DNA from: Mycobacterium tuberculosis H37Rv
GTDB lineage: Bacteria > Actinomycetota > Actinomycetes > Mycobacteriales > Mycobacteriaceae
Reading direction: 5' to 3'
DNA: 32,000 nt
Assembly (NCBI RefSeq): GCF_000195955.2
Contig: NC_000962.3
Location: 2,190,001 to 2,222,000 of the forward strand
Part shown: positions 1 through 9,074 of the stretch, one piece after another
How the letters are laid out: each line of letters starts with the position of its first letter
Numbering within the stretch: position 1 is the first letter of the stretch
Made by a program: the position numbers and the translations under genes
Notes under the pieces: model-generated
Seen by the model: only the letters and a program-made list of their open reading frames with translations
What the model was told of the DNA's origin: nothing
Database searches by the model: none

Positions 1-1
1 C

Positions 2-1015
2 GCCAACAATGCCATCGTCGGCGTCGCCGTGGACAATGGCGACGCCGACGGAGGCGACGGTTTGCAGGTGGTGCCCGCCGAGTTCGTCGTGGACGCGTCG
101 GGCAAGAACACCCGCGTGCCGGAGTTCTTGGAGCGTCTCGGTGTTGGCGCTCCCGAGGCCGAGCAGGACATCATCAACTGCTTCTACTCCACGATGCAGC
201 ACCGGGTTCCGCCGGAGCGGCGGTGGCAGGACAAGGTGATGGTGATCTGCTATGCGTACCGCCCTTTCGAGGATACCTACGCCGCGCAGTACTACACCGA
301 CAGCTCCCGCACCATCCTGTCCACCTCACTGGTGGCCTACAACTGCTATTCGCCGCCGCGTACCGCCCGAGAATTCCGCGCGTTCGCCGACCTGATGCCG
401 TCCCCGGTCATCGGGGAGAACATCGACGGGCTGGAGCCGGCATCGCCCATCTACAATTTCCGCTATCCCAACATGCTGCGGCTGCGCTACGAGAAGAAGC
501 GCAACCTGCCGCGGGCTTTGCTGGCGGTGGGCGATGCCTACACCAGCGCCGACCCGGTGTCGGGTCTGGGTATGAGCCTGGCGCTCAAGGAAGTTCGGGA
601 GATGCAGGCGCTGCTGGCTAAATACGGCGCCGGTCACCGGGATCTGCCGCGCCGGTACTACCGGGCGATCGCCAAGATGGCCGACACGGCCTGGTTCGTG
701 ATCCGCGAGCAGAACCTGCGCTTCGACTGGATGAAGGACGTCGACAAGAAGCGCCCGTTCTATTTCGGTGTGCTGACCTGGTACATGGACCGCGTGCTGG
801 AGCTGGTGCATGACGATCTCGACGCGTACCGGGAATTCTTGGCCGTCGTCCATCTGGTCAAGCCGCCGTCGGCGCTGATGCGACCCAGGATCGCCAGCCG
901 CGTCCTCGGCAAATGGGCACGAACCCGATTGTCGGGCCAGAAGACGTTGATTGCCCGCAACTACGAAAATCATCCGATACCAGCCGAACCCGCGGACCAA
1001 CTTGTAAACGCTTAG
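2..1015 (+). CDS. C-terminal part of FAD-dependent oxygenase/oxidoreductase (Rv1937-like), 5' end outside window
   Basis: Frame open from base 2; contains the FAD-binding C-terminal motif LLAVGDAYTSADPVSGLGMSLALKEV; sits immediately upstream of ephB as remembered in M. tuberculosis. Confidence 0.8.
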   Translation, partial: ANNAIVGVAVDNGDADGGDGLQVVPAEFVVDASGKNTRVPEFLERLGVGAPEAEQDIINCFYSTMQHRVPPERRWQDKVMVICYAYRPFEDTYAAQYYTDSSRTILSTSLVAYNCYSPPRTAREFRAFADLMPSPVIGENIDGLEPASPIYNFRYPNMLRLRYEKKRNLPRALLAVGDAYTSADPVSGLGMSLALKEVREMQALLAKYGAGHRDLPRRYYRAIAKMADTAWFVIREQNLRFDWMKDVDKKRPFYFGVLTWYMDRVLELVHDDLDAYREFLAVVHLVKPPSALMRPRIASRVLGKWARTRLSGQKTLIARNYENHPIPAEPADQLVNA

Positions 1016-1026
1016 GAGAGCCCAAC

Positions 1027-2097
1027 GTGTCGCAGGTCCATCGAATCCTGAACTGCCGGGGCACCCGCATCCATGCCGTGGCGGACAGCCCACCCGACCA
1101 ACAGGGACCGTTGGTGGTGTTGCTGCACGGGTTTCCGGAGTCCTGGTACTCGTGGCGGCATCAGATTCCCGCGCTTGCCGGCGCGGGCTACCGCGTGGTG
1201 GCCATCGACCAGCGCGGGTATGGCCGCTCGTCGAAATACCGGGTGCAAAAGGCCTACCGCATCAAGGAATTGGTTGGCGACGTCGTGGGCGTCCTCGACT
1301 CCTATGGTGCGGAGCAGGCTTTCGTGGTGGGCCACGACTGGGGTGCGCCGGTCGCCTGGACCTTCGCCTGGCTGCACCCCGACCGATGCGCCGGCGTGGT
1401 GGGAATCAGCGTTCCGTTTGCCGGTCGCGGCGTGATCGGCCTGCCGGGCAGCCCGTTCGGCGAGCGCCGTCCCAGCGACTACCACCTGGAGCTGGCCGGG
1501 CCCGGAAGGGTCTGGTATCAGGACTATTTCGCCGTGCAGGACGGCATCATCACCGAGATCGAGGAAGACTTGCGGGGCTGGCTGCTCGGGTTGACCTACA
1601 CCGTTTCCGGTGAGGGGATGATGGCGGCGACCAAGGCGGCCGTCGACGCGGGCGTCGACCTGGAGTCCATGGACCCGATCGACGTGATCCGTGCCGGACC
1701 GCTGTGTATGGCCGAAGGCGCGCGGCTCAAGGACGCGTTCGTCTACCCGGAGACCATGCCGGCCTGGTTCACCGAGGCCGATCTCGATTTCTACACTGGC
1801 GAATTCGAACGTTCCGGGTTCGGCGGGCCGCTGAGCTTCTACCACAACATCGACAACGACTGGCACGACCTGGCCGACCAGCAAGGCAAGCCGCTCACCC
1901 CGCCGGCTCTGTTCATCGGCGGCCAGTATGACGTCGGCACCATCTGGGGCGCGCAGGCCATCGAGCGTGCGCACGAAGTCATGCCGAACTACCGCGGCAC
2001 CCACATGATCGCCGACGTCGGACACTGGATCCAGCAGGAAGCGCCCGAAGAGACCAACCGGCTGTTGCTCGACTTCCTAGGCGGGCTGCGGCCGTGA
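1027..2097 (+). CDS. ephB: Epoxide hydrolase, alpha/beta hydrolase fold
   Basis: Oxyanion-hole motif LLHGFPESWYSWRHQ, nucleophile elbow VGHDWGAP, C-terminal catalytic His in DVGHWIQQEAPEE. GTG start at 1027 preferred over the longer ORF from 913. Confidence 0.95.
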   Translation: MSQVHRILNCRGTRIHAVADSPPDQQGPLVVLLHGFPESWYSWRHQIPALAGAGYRVVAIDQRGYGRSSKYRVQKAYRIKELVGDVVGVLDSYGAEQAFVVGHDWGAPVAWTFAWLHPDRCAGVVGISVPFAGRGVIGLPGSPFGERRPSDYHLELAGPGRVWYQDYFAVQDGIITEIEEDLRGWLLGLTYTVSGEGMMAATKAAVDAGVDLESMDPIDVIRAGPLCMAEGARLKDAFVYPETMPAWFTEADLDFYTGEFERSGFGGPLSFYHNIDNDWHDLADQQGKPLTPPALFIGGQYDVGTIWGAQAIERAHEVMPNYRGTHMIADVGHWIQQEAPEETNRLLLDFLGGLRP

Positions 2098-2609
2098 GCT
2101 GCACCTTCGACATGGTCCCGGAGACCGTCGATCATCTCGACGAGGTCGGGCTGCGGCGGGTCTTCGGCTGCTTTCCGTGCGGCGTGATCGCCGTCTGCGC
2201 GATGGTCGACGACCAGCCGGTCGGCATGGCGGCCAGCTCGTTCACGTCGGTTTCAGTTGACCCGCCGCTGGTATCGATCTGTGTGCAGAACTGTTCGACG
2301 ACGTGGCCGAAGTTGCGCGACCGCCCACGGCTCGGTGTGAGCGTGCTCGCCGAGGGGCACGACGCGGCCTGTATGAGCCTGTCGCGCAAGGAAGGTAACC
2401 GGTTCGCCGGGGTGTTCTGGAGCGAATTGTCCAGCGGGGGTGTGGTGATCGCCGGGGCCGGCGCCTGGCTGGATTGCCGCCCGTACGCGGAGATCCCGGC
2501 GGGGGATCACCTGATCGCCCTGCTGGAGATCTGCGCGGTGCGCGCCGATCCCGAGACACCGCCGCTGGTGTTTCACGGTAGCCGGTTCCGCCGGTTGGAG
2601 TCTCGATGA
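2094..2609 (+). CDS. Flavin reductase-like (FMN-binding split barrel) protein, Rv1939-like
   Basis: 171 aa; FGCFPCGVIAVCAMVDDQPVGMAASSFTSVSVDPPLVSICVQ is typical of the flavin reductase-like domain; 4-nt overlap with ephB. Confidence 0.88.
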   Translation: MSCTFDMVPETVDHLDEVGLRRVFGCFPCGVIAVCAMVDDQPVGMAASSFTSVSVDPPLVSICVQNCSTTWPKLRDRPRLGVSVLAEGHDAACMSLSRKEGNRFAGVFWSELSSGGVVIAGAGAWLDCRPYAEIPAGDHLIALLEICAVRADPETPPLVFHGSRFRRLESR

Positions 2610-3667
2610 AGACGACCGATGTGCGGGTACGTCGTGCGATCACGGCGATGGCGGGCGGTCACGCCGTGGTCCTGACCGGCGACCCCAATGGCGATGGCTA
2701 TCTCGTCTTCGCCGCCCAGGCCGCGACGCCGCGGCTGGTTGCCTTTGCGGTCCGGCACACCTCGGGTTATTTGCGCGTCGCGCTGCCGGGCGCCGAATGC
2801 GAGCGACTGCACCTGCCGCCCATGTGTGACCGAGACACCACGCATTGCGTGTCGGTCGACGTTCGCGGCACCGGCACCGGAATCTCGGCGAGCGATCGCG
2901 CCTGGACCATCGCGGCACTGGCTTCGGCCACCTCCGTCGCCGCCGATTTCCAACGTCCGGGCCATGTGGTGCCCGTGCAGGCGCAAGCCGACGGTGTGCT
3001 GGGTCGGCGGGGACCCGCCGAGGCGGCCGTCGACCTGGCCCGCCTGGCGGAACGGCGGCCGGCCGCCGCGCTCTGCGAGATCGTCTCGCCCGATAATCCC
3101 GTCCAGATGGCGCACCACGCCGAGTCGGTCGAATTCGCCGTCGAACACGGACTGGCCATGGTCTCGATCGGGGAGCTGGTGGCGTATCGCCGGCGGATCG
3201 AGCCCCAGGTGGTCCGGTTTACGGCAGCGACGCTGCCCACCTGGGCCGGCGCCTCGCGTGTCATCGGCTTTCGTGACGTTTACGACCTCGGCGAGCATTT
3301 GGCGGTCATCGTGGGTGCGGTCGGTGCCGGGGTGCCCGTGCCGCTGCACGTCCACATCGAGTGCCTGACGGGCGACGTGTTCGGCTCGACGGCGTGCCGC
3401 TGCGGCGAGGAACTCAACGGCGCGCTGGCGAGGATGTCGGCTCAGGGCAGCGGCGTGGTCTTGTATCTGCGTCCGCCCGGACCCGCGCAAGCGTGCGGCT
3501 TGTTCGCCCGGGGCGATGCGGCGACCGATGTCATGCCGGAGACCGTGACATGGATCCTGCGCGATCTTGGGGTGTATGCGATCCGACTTTCCGATGATGT
3601 GCCAGGATTTGGGCTTGTCATGTTCGGGGCGATCCGAGAAGCCAGCACGTTGGCGGCCGCAGGTTGA
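2606..3667 (+). CDS. ribA1: RibA-like bifunctional DHBP synthase / GTP cyclohydrolase II paralogue, active-site motifs partly degenerate
   Basis: 353 aa; DHBPS-like TSGYLRVALPGAECERLHLPPM ... PGHVVPVQAQADGVLGRRGPAEAAVDLARLA; GTPCHII zinc-site-like CLTGDVFGSTACRCGEEL. Confidence 0.9.
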   Translation: MKTTDVRVRRAITAMAGGHAVVLTGDPNGDGYLVFAAQAATPRLVAFAVRHTSGYLRVALPGAECERLHLPPMCDRDTTHCVSVDVRGTGTGISASDRAWTIAALASATSVAADFQRPGHVVPVQAQADGVLGRRGPAEAAVDLARLAERRPAAALCEIVSPDNPVQMAHHAESVEFAVEHGLAMVSIGELVAYRRRIEPQVVRFTAATLPTWAGASRVIGFRDVYDLGEHLAVIVGAVGAGVPVPLHVHIECLTGDVFGSTACRCGEELNGALARMSAQGSGVVLYLRPPGPAQACGLFARGDAATDVMPETVTWILRDLGVYAIRLSDDVPGFGLVMFGAIREASTLAAAG

Positions 3668-4434
3668 ACCATCCAGACCTGGCCGGCAAGGTCGCGATCG
3701 TTACTGGGGCGGGCGCCGGAATCGGTCTGGCGGTTGCCCGGCGACTCGCCGACGAGGGCTGCCATGTGCTGTGCGCGGACATCGATGGTGATGCCGCGGA
3801 TGCCGCGGCCACCAAAATCGGTTGTGGCGCAGCGGCCTGCCGGGTTGACGTCAGCGACGAACAACAGATCATCGCCATGGTCGACGCCTGTGTTGCCGCG
3901 TTCGGCGGGGTGGACAAGTTGGTCGCCAACGCCGGTGTCGTTCATCTGGCTTCGCTCATCGACACCACCGTCGAGGACTTCGATCGGGTCATCGCGATCA
4001 ATCTCCGCGGCGCCTGGCTGTGCACCAAGCATGCGGCACCGCGGATGATCGAGCGCGGCGGGGGAGCCATTGTCAACCTGTCGTCGTTAGCGGGCCAGGT
4101 AGCGGTGGGCGGCACCGGCGCATACGGCATGTCGAAGGCCGGCATCATCCAGCTCAGCCGCATCACCGCCGCCGAACTGCGCTCGTCGGGCATCCGCTCC
4201 AACACGCTGCTGCCCGCATTCGTCGACACCCCGATGCAGCAGACCGCCATGGCAATGTTCGACGGGGCCCTGGGCGCGGGGGGTGCGCGCTCGATGATTG
4301 CCCGGCTGCAGGGCCGCATGGCCGCACCGGAGGAGATGGCCGGCATCGTGGTGTTCCTGCTGTCCGACGATGCGTCGATGATCACCGGCACCACCCAGAT
4401 CGCCGACGGCGGGACGATTGCCGCGCTGTGGTGA
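3664..4434 (+). CDS. Short-chain dehydrogenase/reductase (Rv1941-like)
   Basis: N-terminal TGAGAGIG cofactor motif, NAG motif, catalytic YGMSK; 4-nt overlap with the upstream gene. Confidence 0.93.
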   Translation: MNHPDLAGKVAIVTGAGAGIGLAVARRLADEGCHVLCADIDGDAADAAATKIGCGAAACRVDVSDEQQIIAMVDACVAAFGGVDKLVANAGVVHLASLIDTTVEDFDRVIAINLRGAWLCTKHAAPRMIERGGGAIVNLSSLAGQVAVGGTGAYGMSKAGIIQLSRITAAELRSSGIRSNTLLPAFVDTPMQQTAMAMFDGALGAGGARSMIARLQGRMAAPEEMAGIVVFLLSDDASMITGTTQIADGGTIAALW

Positions 4435-4643
4435 TCCCCTCGGGTCAGGCGGTTTCGAAAGATCACGCGAGACATTGCCTGCGACGGCATGCTACATATG
4501 TGATTCCGGTGTATTCGGGCCTCTGCGCATTGCTTTCGATCACAATGAGCTTGGCCGCGAGCCGTCTTGTTCGTTGAGCCACGGGGCCGTTCGAATGCGT
4601 TCGTCAGAACTCCGGCTCGGATTCTCGCTAGTTTGCTGACGTG

Positions 4644-4973
4644 TCATCGAGAGCAATCGACGGCGACCTCGAGGGCCGTGCAGATGGCGCGCATCCGGAT
4701 GTCGGCGAGGCGGCCAAGCCGATTCACCAATACCGCGACCGAGACACTTTCGACTGAGTCCAAATTCACCGCGGAACGGCGCGGGATCGGGTCGGAACCG
4801 GGTTCAAGAACAACCTCACTGGCTAGCCCTCGGATGGTCGTGGTGCAGGGCGCGACAAGTGCGCGTCGCAGCCGAGGGATCGCGGCATCGCGCGACAGCA
4901 CGACGACTGGTCGCCGACCGATCTCAGCCATCTCACACCACCACACCTCTCCGCGCGCCGGAAGTGCGGTCAC
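4644..4973 (-). CDS. mazF5: MazF-family endoribonuclease toxin
   Basis: [25 protein letters not shown] ... [22 protein letters not shown]; GTG start overlaps the mazE5 stop by 4 nt. Confidence 0.9.
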
Positions 4974-5206
4974 GAGTCTCCAGCCGCCCGCCGCCACGAC
5001 GCTAGATCGCCCCACTCGTCGGGCTCATCGACCGGGTGCTTGTCGTAGGCCGCATAGCTGGCATCCACCTCGGCCGATCGATGACGAGCCAGTAATGCCG
5101 CAAGGGCCTCATCGATGAGGGCTGCGTCAGTGATTCCTGCCCGCATGTCGCGCGCACTTGTCAAGAGTGCGGCGTCGACAGTAGTGCTCAGCCGTATGCG
5201 ATTCAT
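4970..5206 (-). CDS. mazE5: MazE/ribbon-helix-helix antitoxin; conserved part begins at [11 protein letters not shown]
   Basis: 78 aa [43 protein letters not shown]...; overlaps mazF5. A longer start is possible but reads antisense through a duplicated segment (see findings). Confidence 0.82.
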
Positions 5207-5222
5207 GCCACTACTATGCCAC

Positions 5223-5320
5223 ACTCCGGGGCGTGGATCCGCCTGATCGGACGCAACGTGCTCGATACGGGCGAAACATTGGTCGCTGGACGAATTGATG
5301 AGGTCTACCGCGCAGCGCAA
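5223..5320 (+). pseudogene. Short coding-like remnant ([26 protein letters not shown]), paralogous to 7779-7868
   Basis: A 78-nt core matches 7788-7865 at about 82% by hand count, with the same reading frame preserved. Confidence 0.6.
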
Positions 5321-5343
5321 CGTCACCTGCAACCGGGCCGTCT

Positions 5344-5934
5344 TCACGGTGCGGGTTCCGTGTCGATGAACGACGCTGCGGCACAACACTTTTTGTACTT
5401 GTGCCCCGAGCCGCACCAGCACTGTTGGTTGCGGCCCGGTGGCCAGGCCATCACATCGTGGTCACCGTGTGCTGTCAGGTACGCGGCATACTCGGCGCGG
5501 GCCTCCGGCGAGTCCGGCTCCTGACCCTGTTCGGCGCACCAGGCAGCGAAGGGTGCCACGCGGATCGCGGCGACCGCCAGTCCTGGGAAACCAGCCTCGG
5601 CGAATTCGACCAGCTTTTGCTGCATCCTCCGGCAGTACAGCGGGTGCGCCACCGGCCCGTCCGGACCGGTCACCAGGTCGCTGCCGGCGAAGTCTGGCCA
5701 CAGGTCGAGCGCCCGCTCGTAGTCACCGGCAGGCAGCCACGCCAATGACACCGCGGTGATCGGTTCGGCGGATTCCGCCGCGGGTGTCTCATCGACGGGA
5801 GGCACCCGGCTGGCTCCGTTGTCACTCATGGTCCAACATCCTGCCGCATCACCACCGCACGCGGCATATGATGCTCGCAGTCGCGGTGGTGCGGCCTTAT
5901 CGCCATGAGCGAAATCTTCTGTATCACTGATCAT
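5344..5934 (-). CDS. SEC-C motif protein (Rv1944c-like)
   Basis: C-terminal zinc-binding SEC-C signature [18 protein letters not shown]. Start uncertain; an internal ATG at 5829 gives 161 aa. Confidence 0.85.
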
Positions 5935-5988
5935 TCCGAGCCTATGACGGCCCGGTTCTTGTCAGTGGTGCTTCGTAGAATCCGAGGC

Positions 5989-7353
5989 ATGAGGTCGGAC
6001 ACGCGCGAGGAGATCTCCGCGGCGTTGGATGCCTACCACGCCTCGTTGTCGCGGGTGCTCGATCTCAAGTGCGATGCGTTGACCACCCCGGAATTGCTGG
6101 CCTGTTTGCAGCGACTCGAGGTCGAACGGCGCCGCCAGGGCGCCGCCGAGCACGCCTTGATCAACCAACTCGCTGGGCAAGCCTGCGAGGAAGAGCTCGG
6201 CGGGACGCTGCGCACGGCGTTGGCCAACCGGCTACACATCACTCCCGGTGAGGCCAGCCGCCGCATCGCCGAAGCCGAAGACCTCGGTGAGCGCCGCGCC
6301 CTGACCGGTGAACCGCTGCCAGCGCAGTTGACCGCGACCGCGGCCGCTCAACGTGAGGGCAAGATCGGCCGAGAACACATTAAGGAGATCCAGGCCTTCT
6401 TCAAGGAGTTGTCCGCCGCGGTGGATCTGGGTATCCGCGAGGCCGCCGAGGCCCAGCTGGCCGAACTGGCCACCAGTCGGCGTCCCGATCACCTGCATGG
6501 CCTGGCCACGCAGCTGATGGACTGGCTGCACCCCGACGGCAACTTTTCCGACCAGGAGCGTGCCCGCAAGCGCGGCATCACGATGGGTAAGCAGGAATTT
6601 GACGGGATGTCACGTATCAGCGGTCTGCTGACCCCGGAGTTGCGGGCCACCATCGAGGCGGTGTTGGCCAAACTGGCCGCACCGGGGGCGTGCAACCCCG
6701 ATGACCAGACCCCGGTCGTGGATGACACACCGGATGCGGACGCGGTGCGCCGCGACACCCGCAGCCAAGCCCAACGACACCATGACGGTTTACTGGCCGG
6801 GCTGCGCGGGTTGTTGGCCTCCGGTGAGCTAGGGCAGCATCGGGGGTTGCCGGTGACCGTCGTGGTGAGCACCACGCTTAAAGAGCTGGAAGCCGCCACC
6901 GGCAAGGGGGTAACCGGTGGTGGTTCGCGGGTGCCGATGTCGGACCTTATCCGGATGGCGAGCAACGCGCACCACTATCTGGCATTGTTTGACGGCGCTA
7001 AGCCGTTGGCGTTGTATCACACCAAGCGGTTAGCTTCCCCGGCGCAGCGAATCATGTTGTACGCCAAGGATCGTGGCTGCTCCAGGCCGGGTTGCGACGC
7101 CCCGGCCTACCACAGTGAGGTCCACCACGTAACGCCGTGGACAACCACCCACCGTACCGACATCAACGACCTCACGCTGGCCTGCGGCCCCGACAATCGC
7201 CTTGTCGAAAAAGGCTGGAAAACCCGCAAGAACGCCAAAGGCGACACTGAATGGCTACCGCCGGCCCACTTGGACCATGGCCAACCACGCATCAATCGAT
7301 ACCACCACCCCGAGAAAATCCTGTGCGAACCCGACGACGACGAACCACATTGA
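5989..7353 (+). CDS. 13E12 repeat family protein with C-terminal HNH endonuclease-like motif (Rv1945-like)
   Basis: 454 aa; HNH-like segment [44 protein letters not shown]; DUF222-like N-terminal region typical of 13E12 proteins. Confidence 0.9.
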   Translation: MRSDTREEISAALDAYHASLSRVLDLKCDALTTPELLACLQRLEVERRRQGAAEHALINQLAGQACEEELGGTLRTALANRLHITPGEASRRIAEAEDLGERRALTGEPLPAQLTATAAAQREGKIGREHIKEIQAFFKELSAAVDLGIREAAEAQLAELATSRRPDHLHGLATQLMDWLHPDGNFSDQERARKRGITMGKQEFDGMSRISGLLTPELRATIEAVLAKLAAPGACNPDDQTPVVDDTPDADAVRRDTRSQAQRHHDGLLAGLRGLLASGELGQHRGLPVTVVVSTTLKELEAATGKGVTGGGSRVPMSDLIRMASNAHHYLALFDGAKPLALYHTKRLASPAQRIMLYAKDRGCSRPGCDAPAYHSEVHHVTPWTTTHRTDINDLTLACGPDNRLVEKGWKTRKNAKGDTEWLPPAHLDHGQPRINRYHHPEKILCEPDDDEPH

Positions 7354-7450
7354 CACCCAATGACCGTGGCATTGCCGGTCACGTCGCAACCAAGTACTGC
7401 GACCGTAGCCGCGCTCAAGGCTCGGGGTAGACGAGCGCGGAGAGAGGCAC

Positions 7451-7663
7451 GTTGCCGAGCTGCCTGCCGACGACGAGTATCCCAATATCGTGCTCACCCA
7501 TAGCGTTTCAGCGGGCAACCAACGATTGCCGGCCAGCGAATCTCGGTGGCGGTAGCCAGCATGAAGGACGCAGATGACCTCGCCGACTACGGGCTGAGCA
7601 TAGAGCAGGTGCGTGCAGCCGTCGACTCGCATGTGGACGTGGACCATTCTGTCTCAGCGCTGT
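7451..7663 (+). pseudogene. Decayed DUF433-like (COG2442) antitoxin
   Basis: Frame 2: VAELPADDEYPNIVLTHSVSAG, then after a shift near 7511-7515 frame 1: GQPTIAGQRISVAVASMKDADDLADYGLSIEQVRAAVDSHVDVDHSVSAL*. Confidence 0.55.
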
Positions 7664-7684
7664 GACCGCACGGTAGAGTTCGCC

Positions 7685-8627
7685 ATCGTGGCTGACGATG
7701 ACGTCACCGGTCAGGATGGCTCCGGCGACGGCACCGATCCGCGCACCATGCTGGGCCGGTTTGCCAACCAGCACAACGAATGGGTGCGCCTGAGCGTGCG
7801 CCACGTGCTCGATGCGGGCGAAGCATTGGATGCCGGACAGATTGATTAGGTCTACCGCCACTTTCGGCAGGAAAAGGCACTGGACACACGCCACCGAGCC
7901 GGCCGTACCACCGTTGACACTCGGCATCAGCAACCCGGAAACAGCCGAACCCCTGATCATCTGGCCGACCTCGCCCCTGGCCGCACCGCGACCATCGGGC
8001 TGCGGGATTCCAGCTGCCTGCGCGTGGACCGCTACAACGACCAGGCGTCCGGGCGAGCGCTCATCGAGATCCGGTTGTGCAACGAACGTGCCACGCCGAT
8101 GCCAATCCCGATCGGGCTGTGGATGTTTCAGACCAAGCTCCACGTCAACGCCGGCGGCGCTGACGTGTTCCTGCCGGTCTGCGACGTGCTGGAGCAAGAC
8201 CTCGCCGAGCGCGACGAGGAGGTACGCCAGCTGAACCTGCAGTACCGCAACCGGTTGGAGTATGCGATCGGGCGGACTTGCTCGGCGGCCTGGTCGGTGA
8301 ACGGCTCGCGGCGCCCGTCGGCAGTGTGGACCACCTGGCTGCCGGTCGCCGAAACACCCCACACCCGGGCCCGGTCGGTGGAGAACGCGCTGTTGTCCAT
8401 GGACAGTCGCGGAGGGGTTACGTAGCGGACTGGCGTCGTTCGTCGCGGGATATGGAAGCTGGTTTCAGGGTCAGGCGGCTGTCGCGGCCGAGCTGCCCGA
8501 GCACCTGCACCCGACCGCCGACGAGAGGCTGGCTCATGTTGCGGCCGAAAAGGAAGCGCTGCGCTGCTTCCAGTTCATGAACCAGGTGATGCGCGATCAC
8601 CGTAAAAGCTTGTCAGAGGTGCAGTGA
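7685..8627 (+). pseudogene. Decayed DrmA-like (DISARM) helicase N-terminal region; includes the annotated-style ORF Rv1947 (8024-8425)
   Basis: Frame 2 reads through one TAG at 7847-7849 to ...GRTATIGLRDSSCLRVDRYNDQASGRALIEIRLCNERATPMPIPIGLWMFQTKLHVNAGGADVFLPVCDVLEQDLAERDEEVRQLNLQYRNRLEYAIGRTCSAAW...; frame 3 then continues SGLASFVAGYGSWFQGQAAVAAELPEHLHPTADERLAHVAAEKEALRCFQFMNQVMRDHRKSLSEVQ*. Confidence 0.65.
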
Positions 8628-8713
8628 ACACTGTTTCCATGACCAAGAGCAACGGGCACTGTTGAGACACAGCGCGTCGCCAACGGGCGCTGCCTGTGGC
8701 CGAACATCGTAAA

Positions 8714-9064
8714 TCAAGCATATTCGTCAACAGATATCATCAATGTCGGCGCCGGACTATTCAAATCATCGATATACTGGTGGCCTGGTCCTTCGCCATC
8801 GATCAATGGCGATAGCTTATCGAGGATTTCTACCAACTTCGTGTCATCGAAGCGCCATACAACGGTTTGCGATCCCAGTTCCATATCCGCAGTTCCGCTT
8901 TCTCGAACTATCCGTTGCTGTACACCATCTATGTCGAAAGTTGCCTGACCACTCTCATGGGCCGATCGCACGGCGTACTGGAAAATGCGAAGCCCATCCC
9001 GGTCTGCGGCCGCCAGAACCACGTCACCGAAGTAGTTATCCGGCTTGATACCGAAAACGGTCAT
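8714..9064 (-). CDS. Candidate immunity-type protein downstream of the T7SS toxin-like gene (Rv1948c region)
   Basis: 116 aa from ATG at 9064 (MTVFGIKPDNYFGDVVLAAADRDGLRIFQYAVRSAHESGQATFDIDG...), starting 10 nt beyond the toxin stop; intact ORF of up to 182 aa. Confidence 0.6.
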   Translation of the reverse strand: MTVFGIKPDNYFGDVVLAAADRDGLRIFQYAVRSAHESGQATFDIDGVQQRIVRESGTADMELGSQTVVWRFDDTKLVEILDKLSPLIDGEGPGHQYIDDLNSPAPTLMISVDEYA

Positions 9065-9074
9065 TCTGGTCCAA

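Noticed and set aside
1012-2025. 337-aa minus-strand ORF opposite ephB
   Set aside because: Antisense of a gene with clear catalytic motifs; GC-rich artefact.
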